Virus record (IMG/VR): IMGVR_UViG_3300021959_006711
Span: 1 to 24,604 of that record
Source of the DNA: a virus
Taxonomy: Duplodnaviria > Caudoviricetes
DNA: 24,604 nt
Reading direction: 5' to 3' (one strand)
Positions 7,331-15,437 of this stretch are shown piece by piece. Within the stretch, counting starts at the first letter, position 1; every line of letters starts with the position of its first letter. The notes under the pieces were generated by a model. That model had not been told where the DNA came from. It ran no database searches and was given only the letters and a program-made list of their open reading frames with translations. A program made the translations under genes and the position numbers.

Positions 7331-7349
7331 CTTTTTGGTAAAATGAGTT

Positions 7350-8810
7350 CTACTGATCGTTATCATCCAAGTTGGTTAAAAATTCTCTCAACTTGGTTGA
7401 ATCTGTTTTGGGCTGTATTCTTCCTATGCTGTCACCTTTTGTAGGGTCTGGCGGAGTTATTGGTTTTCCTGCTTCTACACGGTTGTCTGTGTTTTCGGGT
7501 GTAACTTTTGATCCTTGTTTGATAGATTGGAATATTGTGCTCTTGCGTTTGTCAAATTCCTGGTACTCGGAATCATCTGCAAGATCTCTTATTCTTAAAC
7601 TATCTAAATCAAATTCTAAATCAATTTTCATTCCTACTCCACTAGATGATCTTGTTTTCATAAGTTGTATTTGATATCTTCCACGTTCTCTCATTGCTCT
7701 AGATGTGAATATACCAAACACATTATCAGCAGTTTGTATTTTACTTAATCCTCCTGATATGTGCGAATGATCAAACTCTATTTCTTCAACAGCACCTCTG
7801 TTTAATTGTGCGGCTGTGACAAACACTGTGTTCAATTCCATTGCTAGATTACGCAGTTCCTCAGATACAAATTTGTCTTTGATAAACAAATCACTTGGAG
7901 AAACTTTTCTACTGTTGGGCATCATAAGATCCAAATAATCTACAAGCAATACATCAACCTTACTGTTTGTTTTTATTTCATATTCTTTGATATATGATCT
8001 GATATCGTTTGCGTTTTTACCACTTGGCATGTATTTGATCTGAAACTTTCCTGCTTTTTTACCAATCATTTTAACTTTCATCTCTACACCATCTAAGTCT
8101 TTAAAAATCTCTTTAGTAGGAATATCAGTTAGCATTGAATCTATTCTCATACTGACCAATGGTTCACTTAATTCGAATGTTAGATAAACCACATTCAAAC
8201 CTTCTAATGCCCAATTGCAACCTAAGTTAGCAAGGAATAAACTTTTACCTGCACCAGATCCGCCTGCAAAAATATTCAATTCTCCTTTGTTGAATCCACC
8301 AAATAATCTTTTGTCTAAACTTTCCCAGCCTGTTTTTACTTGACCATTTTGATCTTTTAATCCTAGCAGTCTACCTTTAGGATCTTCGAAGTAATCTGTT
8401 CCTATGTCTTTGTGTAATCCAATCTGTACAGCGTCTTTGACCAACACTTCAACAGGACCATATTCACCTTTTTCTAACATGTCTGCTGATTTTAGTATTG
8501 CTCTTTCTAAACTTTTGTGTCTAATAAATGTTTCAAAATCATCTAACAACCAATCAAAGTGTTGTTCGTTTAGTCCTGTGGGAATTTCTAAGTCTGATTT
8601 ACAACTAGAATTTACAATGTCTTGTGTAGGAAGTGCATTGTGTTTAGTCACATATTCATTTACGAATTGTGCGGCATCTTGTAATCTTCTATCAAACAAT
8701 GTGTGATCAAATATAGACTGACAACGCACAAATGTTTCTGCATTGCTCAACATCATTTCAAGATATACTTTTTGTATATCGTATCCGTATTCTTTGTTTT
8801 GTTTAGACAT
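7350..8810 (-). CDS. dnaB: Replicative DNA helicase, DnaB/T4 gp41-like (SF4)
   Basis: Walker A GGSGAGKS, TFELSE, Walker B VDYLDLM, AAQLNR, TADNVFGI, MKTRSS. Start moved to MSKQNKEY (8810). Confidence 0.93.
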   Translation of the reverse strand: MSKQNKEYGYDIQKVYLEMMLSNAETFVRCQSIFDHTLFDRRLQDAAQFVNEYVTKHNALPTQDIVNSSCKSDLEIPTGLNEQHFDWLLDDFETFIRHKSLERAILKSADMLEKGEYGPVEVLVKDAVQIGLHKDIGTDYFEDPKGRLLGLKDQNGQVKTGWESLDKRLFGGFNKGELNIFAGGSGAGKSLFLANLGCNWALEGLNVVYLTFELSEPLVSMRIDSMLTDIPTKEIFKDLDGVEMKVKMIGKKAGKFQIKYMPSGKNANDIRSYIKEYEIKTNSKVDVLLVDYLDLMMPNSRKVSPSDLFIKDKFVSEELRNLAMELNTVFVTAAQLNRGAVEEIEFDHSHISGGLSKIQTADNVFGIFTSRAMRERGRYQIQLMKTRSSSGVGMKIDLEFDLDSLRIRDLADDSEYQEFDKRKSTIFQSIKQGSKVTPENTDNRVEAGKPITPPDPTKGDSIGRIQPKTDSTKLREFLTNLDDNDQ

Positions 8811-9801
8811 TGTTGTTATTATACCACATTTTGTCAGAGTTGTCAATGTGCTTGTTGTATTTGGCACACACAGCACCTATGCATGACCCAGGATCTCCTG
8901 GATTCTTTGGCACCCATATATCATCCCAAACTGATTCTAATTTGGTTCTAGCAGTTCTATTCAACGCACAACCTCCTACTAGAATAATGTTCTGTGTTGG
9001 TATGTTCATTTGTACCCAAGAACTGGCACACATCAAAGTTTGTTCAAAAATGTGTTGGGTTGTTGCCGCCAAGTCTGCCAAATCTTGTTCAGAATTTAAT
9101 TCTGGTCTCCACCAATTACAACCTCTGTGTAAATTTTCTCTTGTTTTAAAAGGCATTCTGGTTTTAATAATTTCTTCCATCATTATTCTATGATATTTTC
9201 TCCAGTTGCCCTTTTGTGCTAACTGTTCTAGTTTGTATTCTTCTGCGTTGGCTTTGAATCCACATCTTTGAGTCATTGCTGAATAAAATAAACCAATACT
9301 GTGTGGATATCGTTGACTGTATTTCTTTTCCAGTTTATCACCATGACCATGCCATATTGTGTACGTTTCAAACTCACCAATTGAATCTAGCACAATCACT
9401 GCGGCATTTTTGTAAGGAGATGAATAATATCCATAAGCCGCATGACTGTGATGATGATCCATATATTCTATAGGCACGTGTATACCTTGTCTTTGTAAAA
9501 ACTTCTTAACATTGTTTTCTTTAAATGTCCAACCTTGTCCTGCTGTCAATTGACGCACTGATTTTTTGAAAGGCTTTTCATACCAAATAATTTTTGCCGG
9601 GTGAGCCCATCTGGCATTGGATCTCACATGGGCCAGCATTTCTGGACATAGATTTGGATCACCAGGTACTCCACTAAAGTCTGAACTCTTACCTGCCCAG
9701 TGTAGGTATAATCCGTATTTGTCTGTCAGACCTTTTACGTGATATTCCATGACTGCTAAACTGGCATCATGATTGTTTCCTGTTATTCCCCAAACTATCA
9801 T
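8803..9801 (-). CDS. Carbamoyltransferase (NodU/CmcH/TobZ family), Kae1-like N-terminal domain only
   Basis: NHDAS, HHHSHAAY, DSIGE, SIGLFYSAMT..GF....EEYK, LAATTQ, GGCALN, PGDPGSCIGA; ends at 332 aa. Confidence 0.88.
   Translation of the reverse strand: MIVWGITGNNHDASLAVMEYHVKGLTDKYGLYLHWAGKSSDFSGVPGDPNLCPEMLAHVRSNARWAHPAKIIWYEKPFKKSVRQLTAGQGWTFKENNVKKFLQRQGIHVPIEYMDHHHSHAAYGYYSSPYKNAAVIVLDSIGEFETYTIWHGHGDKLEKKYSQRYPHSIGLFYSAMTQRCGFKANAEEYKLEQLAQKGNWRKYHRIMMEEIIKTRMPFKTRENLHRGCNWWRPELNSEQDLADLAATTQHIFEQTLMCASSWVQMNIPTQNIILVGGCALNRTARTKLESVWDDIWVPKNPGDPGSCIGAVCAKYNKHIDNSDKMWYNNNNV
8818..8846 (-). promoter_or_regulatory. Consensus sigma70 promoter for the helicase (leaderless geometry)
   Basis: TTGACA-17 bp-TATAAT with TGn extension, inside the 3' end of the upstream gene; 7 nt from the -10 box to the ATG. 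Confidence 0.8.
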
Positions 9802-9974
9802 CTTTCAATTACCCATGCTCTGTGATAGAAGTTGTCTATATTTTTTTGAATCAGCGACTTGGCTAAATCATTGGCTTCTAGTTTAGGCATAGGCCCATGC
9901 TCCTTTTTTGTTGAAGGATCTAACGTTCTAATATTGTTAGGATCCTTGTGTATTCCTTCTATTACGTAGTACAT
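9798..9974 (-). CDS. 58-aa protein, DUF4170-like
   Basis: Not in the ORF track. MYYVIEGIHKDPNNIRTLDPSTKKEHGPMPKLEANDLAKSLIQKNIDNFYHRAWVIER; ATGA overlap with the carbamoyltransferase start. Confidence 0.65.
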   Translation of the reverse strand: MYYVIEGIHKDPNNIRTLDPSTKKEHGPMPKLEANDLAKSLIQKNIDNFYHRAWVIER

Positions 9975-9975
9975 C

Positions 9976-10098
9976 CTACTTGTAAATAAAAGGGTCTCTC
10001 TTTTGTAACTCTTTTATTCTTTTTCTGTATTTCCATTTTTGAATTATTTTTCTAAATGGGGATAACAAAATTTGAATAACTTTTCTTATGAAAACCAT
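9976..10098 (-). CDS. 40-aa basic peptide ending RKRIKELQKRDPFIYK
   Basis: Not in the ORF track. Start overlaps the end of the primase gene; fills the gap exactly. Confidence 0.7.
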   Translation of the reverse strand: MVFIRKVIQILLSPFRKIIQKWKYRKRIKELQKRDPFIYK

Positions 10099-11090
10099 TT
10101 TTTCATCCTCAGTTTGATTTTTAATGTTGATTGCTCAGCAAATTTAACTATTGAATAAAGTGTGTGCAATCTCCCATATTTAAGCACAGCATCATTCACA
10201 TCTTTAATATCTTGATGCCAATCAGGCATACTCACACTCCATCCAGATTCGATAGCCTGTTCAACCAATTTTATTCCTGCGTCATCTCTGTCGGGCATCA
10301 CAATTACGTGTTTTCCCATGCTGTTTAACAATATCTCTTGTTGCTGTTTTACTTCACTGCCCAACAATCCTACACCATCTATGCTCATTGCATCTATTGG
10401 ACCTTCCACAGCAATTATAAATTCTCTATCATCATTTTGATTATCTAAATTAAAAACATATCCCGGCTGTTGTTCGGAAATATATTTTACCTTGCTATCG
10501 ACAACTTTTCTTGCAGTATAGCCTACTATGTCTGATCTATAATAAAAAGGAATAATCAATCTATCACTGTATGCAGAGTTAGGAGTCCAATAAAATTTAA
10601 AATCTAAATCTGCTAATTTTCTTTGTTCTAAATATTGTAAAACTTTGACAAAGTTTGCATCTAGCCCTGATGGCTCCAGTGCTTTGTAGTCAGCCCACTC
10701 TTGCAACTGTTTAGCACCTTCCGGCAATTCTTTTTTTTCAAATTTTGGTAACTGAAGTATTGGTGCATTACCTGTTTGCTCTTCTTTTAGTTTTAAAACT
10801 TGCAGTGCTAATTTTATAATTGTGTCATCTGGCGTGTTTAACCATTTCAACAGTTTACGTAGTTTATATGAAAGATTTCTACCAGGTTGCCAACTTGCTG
10901 TGTACCCACAATTAAAACAGTGATAACTGATCCCGCCATCTGCATTATTAATCAATCCGCCTCTCTGTCTAGAATCTGTTGTGGTGCCATTATGTTCGCA
11001 ACAAGGTGCATTGAAAGAAAGCCATCCGCTAGGAGTTTTCTTTCTTTTAAAAGGCAAATATGCAAGTAGTGTATCGTAAACAGAGATCAT
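10086..11090 (-). CDS. dnaG: DNA primase (DnaG/T4 gp61-like)
   Basis: Zn-binding FNAPCC...YHCFNCG; RLIIPF..VGYTAR; TOPRIM VEGPIDA and PDRDDAG; KDVND. Confidence 0.92.
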   Translation of the reverse strand: MISVYDTLLAYLPFKRKKTPSGWLSFNAPCCEHNGTTTDSRQRGGLINNADGGISYHCFNCGYTASWQPGRNLSYKLRKLLKWLNTPDDTIIKLALQVLKLKEEQTGNAPILQLPKFEKKELPEGAKQLQEWADYKALEPSGLDANFVKVLQYLEQRKLADLDFKFYWTPNSAYSDRLIIPFYYRSDIVGYTARKVVDSKVKYISEQQPGYVFNLDNQNDDREFIIAVEGPIDAMSIDGVGLLGSEVKQQQEILLNSMGKHVIVMPDRDDAGIKLVEQAIESGWSVSMPDWHQDIKDVNDAVLKYGRLHTLYSIVKFAEQSTLKIKLRMKKWFS

Positions 11091-11097
11091 TTACGAT

Positions 11098-11126
11098 ATT
11101 ATATTTTATTTTTTGGTAAAAGTCAA
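11098..11126 (-). promoter_or_regulatory. sigma70 promoter for the primase (leaderless geometry)
   Basis: TTGACT-17 bp-TATAAT; 7 nt from the -10 box to ATG 11090. Confidence 0.75.
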
Positions 11127-11936
11127 TTAGTTTCTAATTAATATTTTGGTAACATCATTGTCGTAGTCTTCTTCTATGTCAACTTTATTGGTAGTGTGTT
11201 TTATTCTAATGTTAGTATACACACCATTGAAATTTACATATTTCAATTTGTCTGAAGAAGTTACGTTTATTTTAGCAACATCTGACCAATATGTTGACTC
11301 AGATACTTGTGAGTCAAGTGTTGCCTGCACAGTGATACTGCCATCGGCACTGTTTAGATAAAATGCCGCTGTGTGAAGTGCTTCATTGCCATTAATGGCA
11401 GGTTCGGCTGTGATTGCTTCTGATAAAAACACATCGCTACCGTCTGATTCTTGGCTTAAAGATGTAACACTGTAAGATCCTAATGGTCCTGGAATTTCGC
11501 TGGCATCTAAATACACTGATCCTTTACTTTCAAAATGAGAATTGCTATATGTTAATACTCTTTCATTATTAGTGTTGTCAACTAATTCAATGGTGTAATT
11601 TAAAAATTGTGATTGTAAATTTAATAAGTCATTTTCGCTGATCATCACAGTAAACATACCAACATTGCTTGGTGTTGCTGTTTCTAATATAGTTACATCT
11701 TTCTCAACCACCATTCGTGTGTTTTCATCAAACATTTTAAATTTAGGTGTGTAAGAATTAAGAATAGACACCGGTTTCTGATCTGCATTAATGATCTTGA
11801 ACTGGATTTTGTTGTCTATTCCTCTAAAAATATTTAATCTTCTCTGATACAATGATTTATACTCCGTTACTTGTCCTGCCACATTTGCAGTAAGCAGTAC
11901 ACTGTTATTTAATAAATATCTCTGAACTAATTGCAT
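11127..11936 (-). CDS. Hypothetical phage protein, beta-rich, possibly structural
   Basis: 269-aa ORF (IFRGIDNKIQFKIINADQKPV); TAAATA at 11949-11954 upstream. Confidence 0.7.
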   Translation of the reverse strand: MQLVQRYLLNNSVLLTANVAGQVTEYKSLYQRRLNIFRGIDNKIQFKIINADQKPVSILNSYTPKFKMFDENTRMVVEKDVTILETATPSNVGMFTVMISENDLLNLQSQFLNYTIELVDNTNNERVLTYSNSHFESKGSVYLDASEIPGPLGSYSVTSLSQESDGSDVFLSEAITAEPAINGNEALHTAAFYLNSADGSITVQATLDSQVSESTYWSDVAKINVTSSDKLKYVNFNGVYTNIRIKHTTNKVDIEEDYDNDVTKILIRN

Positions 11937-11958
11937 AACTTTTATTAATATTTATCAC

Positions 11959-12327
11959 ATGCTAAGAAACGAAATAGAAACCAAGTTTCCCTACATAAGT
12001 GTAGTAGAATACGGCGGAAAAGAGTATGTGGGAGTGATCAACAATCAAGATAACTCTGTAACAAGTGTGTATGTTTACACCGATTTACTCACAGAAATAG
12101 AGAAAAAAGACTTTTTAGAAACCTGTGAAACATGGTGGTGGGAGTCTAATCGCATGATACCTATTGGAATTTTTATGCGTAAAGAAATGCAAAGATACAA
12201 ACATGTAGTGATGATAATGGCAACTAAAGATGTCAGAGTATTGATAGGTCCATGCACAAATCTTAATAAGTTAGCAATCAAACGCACCAAACGTAAATCA
12301 GTTCAGTTAGTCCGACAGCCTAAATAA
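11959..12327 (+). CDS. Hypothetical phage protein (122 aa)
   Basis: ORF with EYVGVINN and WWWESNRMIPI; divergent from 11936 and convergent with the mini-DnaE. Confidence 0.75.
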   Translation: MLRNEIETKFPYISVVEYGGKEYVGVINNQDNSVTSVYVYTDLLTEIEKKDFLETCETWWWESNRMIPIGIFMRKEMQRYKHVVMIMATKDVRVLIGPCTNLNKLAIKRTKRKSVQLVRQPK

Positions 12328-12328
12328 A

Positions 12329-12895
12329 TTATTTTTTATCTTTTTGAATTTGTTCACAGATAAGATTCATGTGAACTACCACTGCTACTGCATATGAAAC
12401 TGCATGAGCTTTTTTAAAATAATAACCTTCAGATGGTTTAGTCCATACTTCATTCATTATGGTGTCCCAGTCTTTGGTTAGTAAATATCTTTTGCTTGGT
12501 CTTATTATTGCCAATACTGCCGCTAATTGTTTGATATTTTTTGGTTTTAGTGTTTTTAATATTTCGTTGTGTCCGTTTAAATGAAACACTTGATCGCTGA
12601 AATCTTTCGCTTCTAATAATTCCCACACAGGTTCGATATTCATTAAAGTCTCAAGATGTTTTTCGTCACGCACTTTGTCATAGATACTTACATTCAATAA
12701 ATCAATTTTAAAATATCCACGTTCCTCTGCTTGTTTATAATTGAGTGTACTCACATTGTCCAACGGGTTGTGGGGAACTTCTGTGAAGTACACACCAGTA
12801 TTGTGTTTTTTACCTGTGTCTAGTTTGGCAATTCTGTGCTTTAACTTTTCTAACAATATATTTCTGTCTGCAAAATCTATATCTATATCAAACAT
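12329..12895 (-). CDS. Miniature DNA polymerase III alpha (family C) catalytic-core-like protein
   Basis: FDIDIDF, KHNTGVY, GYFKIDLLNV, VFHL, LAAVLAIIRP and YYFKKAHAVSYA correspond in order to DnaE PDxDxDF, HAAGVV, GLxKxDFLGL, GVFQ, ALxRPG and YGFNKSHxxxYA. Confidence 0.85.
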   Translation of the reverse strand: MFDIDIDFADRNILLEKLKHRIAKLDTGKKHNTGVYFTEVPHNPLDNVSTLNYKQAEERGYFKIDLLNVSIYDKVRDEKHLETLMNIEPVWELLEAKDFSDQVFHLNGHNEILKTLKPKNIKQLAAVLAIIRPSKRYLLTKDWDTIMNEVWTKPSEGYYFKKAHAVSYAVAVVVHMNLICEQIQKDKK

Positions 12896-13352
12896 TTCTA
12901 ATCAGTCCTAATTTTTTTACTCTTCTTGTGTGTCTACCTTTTTCAAAATTGGTTTTAAAAAATGCTTCTATCATATGTTTTGCATGATCGAAATCTGTGT
13001 AGTCTGCACCAATACATAATACATTCATATCGTTGTGTTGTCTAGCCTGTTCCACATCAAAGACGTCAAAACACACTACCGCTCTTGCTTTTGAAAATCT
13101 GTTTGCCTGGATAGCCATACCAAAACCGCTCCCACATATCAAAATACCTTTATCAAATACACTCATATTTTCACCAACTTTGACAGCAATGTCATTGTAA
13201 TCAATTCTTTTTGGCTTGTATGTACCAGCATCTTGAAATACTGCAATGTCAAATTTACTATCACATTCTGAGTCAATCGGACACAACCATGTTGATATTT
13301 TTTCTTTTAATTCGAAACCTCTATGATCTGATCCTATTATTACATCACGCAT
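12888..13352 (-). CDS. rpiB: Ribose-5-phosphate isomerase B
   Basis: GSDHRG, DY, GILICGSGFGMAIQANR, ARQHNDMNVLCIG, FEKGRHTRRV. Confidence 0.93.
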   Translation of the reverse strand: MRDVIIGSDHRGFELKEKISTWLCPIDSECDSKFDIAVFQDAGTYKPKRIDYNDIAVKVGENMSVFDKGILICGSGFGMAIQANRFSKARAVVCFDVFDVEQARQHNDMNVLCIGADYTDFDHAKHMIEAFFKTNFEKGRHTRRVKKLGLIRNV

Positions 13353-14025
13353 TTATGACCTCTCTTAATTTTGATTTTGGAGTATTAATATTTCTTTTTT
13401 CACAAATAGATTCAAGCACACACAAATCGCATCTAGGAGATTTCGATGTACACACTCTTTTGGCATGAGTTATCAACTGCATGTGTGCGGCGTATTTGTA
13501 TTTGTCAGGTGTAGTGTCATTTACAATCACAGCACTTTTGCTTTCATCTAAACTGTCAGTCCAACCCAGTCTCCAAAGTAACCTAAACACATGAGTATCA
13601 ACTGCTATGTTAGGCGCTCCCCAAACGAATCTCATCACTATGTCAGAACTTTTTCTTCCTACGCCCGGCAATGACATTAATTCTTTTTGTGTTTGTGGCA
13701 CTTTGCCTTTGAAAGTTTCTAGAAGCATTTTACTGGTTGCGAGTATATTTTTACTTTTTGCTTGAAATAATCCTGCTGGTCTTATTGCTTCTATTATTTT
13801 TTCTTGTGATAATTTTAACATTTTTTCTGGTGTGTCGGCTAATGCGAATAATTGTTTGCAGGCAACAGCAGTTCTGGCATCTTGACTTTGTGCTGATAAC
13901 ATAACTCCTATTAGACTGGTATAAGCCTTTTTGTGTATTTTTGCCGCAGGTTTTTTATTTGCATATTTGGGCCAATATTGACCTAGTTGTTCGTATAGAA
14001 AAGTAATTTGTTCTTGAGTTTTCAT
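13345..14025 (-). CDS. nth: Endonuclease III (HhH-GPD DNA glycosylase/AP lyase with 4Fe-4S cluster)
   Basis: LSAQSQD, LPGVGRKS (catalytic Lys), AVDTHVFR, C-x6-C-x2-C-x5-C. Confidence 0.95.
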   Translation of the reverse strand: MKTQEQITFLYEQLGQYWPKYANKKPAAKIHKKAYTSLIGVMLSAQSQDARTAVACKQLFALADTPEKMLKLSQEKIIEAIRPAGLFQAKSKNILATSKMLLETFKGKVPQTQKELMSLPGVGRKSSDIVMRFVWGAPNIAVDTHVFRLLWRLGWTDSLDESKSAVIVNDTTPDKYKYAAHMQLITHAKRVCTSKSPRCDLCVLESICEKRNINTPKSKLREVINA

Positions 14026-14705
14026 AGAGATGATTGTTTAACTATTTCTTTCACAAGTTCCACATCCGCCGGAGCCCGTCTAAATCTTAATGCCCAGTGT
14101 TGAGGATCCAACACATAAGACACAATTTGTAATTGTTCTTCGTTGAATCTTTTTAACATATCCTTTCCTGTGGTGCAATTCAAAACCAACCACGGAGATA
14201 TTTTGCCGTCTTTTATATCTTGGGTAGCTCTGTTTGAACTTGCATACTTAAAATAATGATCCCAAGGTGCTCCTTTTTCATCTGACCATTCCATTAGATT
14301 TTTAATGGATCTTTTCACAGCATCTTCAACTCTTTCTTTTAGAATAATATCTAGTGCATAAGTTTGATACAGTTCTTCCCTACACCAATGATCCAACTTC
14401 ACTCCAGATGTAACAACGTAGTCTATAAATTTTTCAGGATACAAAGGCTTTACGTTACTGAGAAAACTGCCAAATTTTACAAATGCTGTGTAGTAAGGAC
14501 TTTTACAAAATTGTTGATAAGTTTTGGGTTCATCTTGATTCTGACACAATTCATAGAATCTAATATATGTCTGATAGCCTAGTTGTACTCTGCGTTCATC
14601 TTTTTGTGTAAATCTTCTTTTTTGTTCACACATATGAACAGTTAATGTTTTTTCTCGTGTAAATTTTGCATTACAGTGTTGACATGAATATGTTGGTTGT
14701 GTCAT
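14022..14705 (-). CDS. Hypothetical protein with N-terminal C2H2/C2HC-type zinc finger
   Basis: YSCQHCNAKFTREKTLTVHMC. Confidence 0.75.
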   Translation of the reverse strand: MTQPTYSCQHCNAKFTREKTLTVHMCEQKRRFTQKDERRVQLGYQTYIRFYELCQNQDEPKTYQQFCKSPYYTAFVKFGSFLSNVKPLYPEKFIDYVVTSGVKLDHWCREELYQTYALDIILKERVEDAVKRSIKNLMEWSDEKGAPWDHYFKYASSNRATQDIKDGKISPWLVLNCTTGKDMLKRFNEEQLQIVSYVLDPQHWALRFRRAPADVELVKEIVKQSSL

Positions 14706-15184
14706 TTTAATGTTTTCTTAATTTGTTCTTTGGTCAATCCTAAATCTTCAGCGTATTTTTTTATATCTTTAGGATCATTAATATTGCATAATAATTCAAT
14801 TTCATCTTCTTTTAAATTTTGATAAATCTCTTTTAAAAACTTTGCTGTTTTATTCTTTCCAGCAGAATCTTTAAATTTATATCCAATCCATTCGTGCCAT
14901 TTAATTTGTTTGTCATCGTCTTGTGTGGCGCACAGTAATTGCCATAAAAGTTTTTTGTGTTTGCTGAGTGTAAAAAAATGTTTGTTATAGTATTCATTTG
15001 TTTTTAAAATTGTTAGTTCTTGTTTGGCTCTAGGACCTTTTATAGCACTTGCGTATCGGTTAAGCAAATAAAAACTTACTTGTTTTCTCTCGTCGTCGGA
15101 CAAGTCGTCCCACACAGTTGTGGCTTTCATGTCGATAGCCGCAAGTATATCTTTTATTGGTAGTTTATTAGTCTTCGTAGCCAT
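14702..15184 (-). CDS. Putative clamp-loader small subunit (T4 gp62-like)
   Basis: FYLLNRYAS...NEYYN...HKKLLWQLL...HEWI resembles the gp62 pattern; replication-gene context. Start set at MATKTNK. Confidence 0.5.
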   Translation of the reverse strand: MATKTNKLPIKDILAAIDMKATTVWDDLSDDERKQVSFYLLNRYASAIKGPRAKQELTILKTNEYYNKHFFTLSKHKKLLWQLLCATQDDDKQIKWHEWIGYKFKDSAGKNKTAKFLKEIYQNLKEDEIELLCNINDPKDIKKYAEDLGLTKEQIKKTLK

Positions 15185-15437
15185 ATAATTCAAGTAATAC
15201 TATATACTTCTCCCATGCTTTTTGCAAGCCTTTATGTTTCCAACACATTTCGACTGCTCTTTCAGTCATGTAATATTGTCTGCGTTGATGTTCTTCCTCA
15301 ATGTATGCTTTGTTTGATTTAGAAATTAAAACTTTAGGTCCTTTTCCGTTTATAGGTGCCCCATAGATGGTATTACCACCATCTGGTGAAGTAAAAATCA
15401 TTTCAGTGTCTTTTTTCTTTTTTCTTTTGTTTGGCAT
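15168..15437 (-). CDS. Hypothetical protein with SPDGG.T.Y motif
   Basis: IFTSPDGGNTIY; translationally coupled to neighbours. Confidence 0.7.
   Translation of the reverse strand: MPNKRKKKKDTEMIFTSPDGGNTIYGAPINGKGPKVLISKSNKAYIEEEHQRRQYYMTERAVEMCWKHKGLQKAWEKYIVLLELYGYED

Noticed and set aside
7244-7348. Possible tRNA in the multi-hairpin spacer
   Set aside because: No T-loop GTTC, D-loop or 7-nt anticodon loop; the loops are 3-4 nt.
8811-8876. N-terminal extension of the helicase given by the ORF track (and similar extensions to 1527, 2930, 4592, 17415 and 19564)
   Set aside because: They overlap neighbouring genes or promoters; downstream ATGs fit the coupling, RBS or promoter geometry better.
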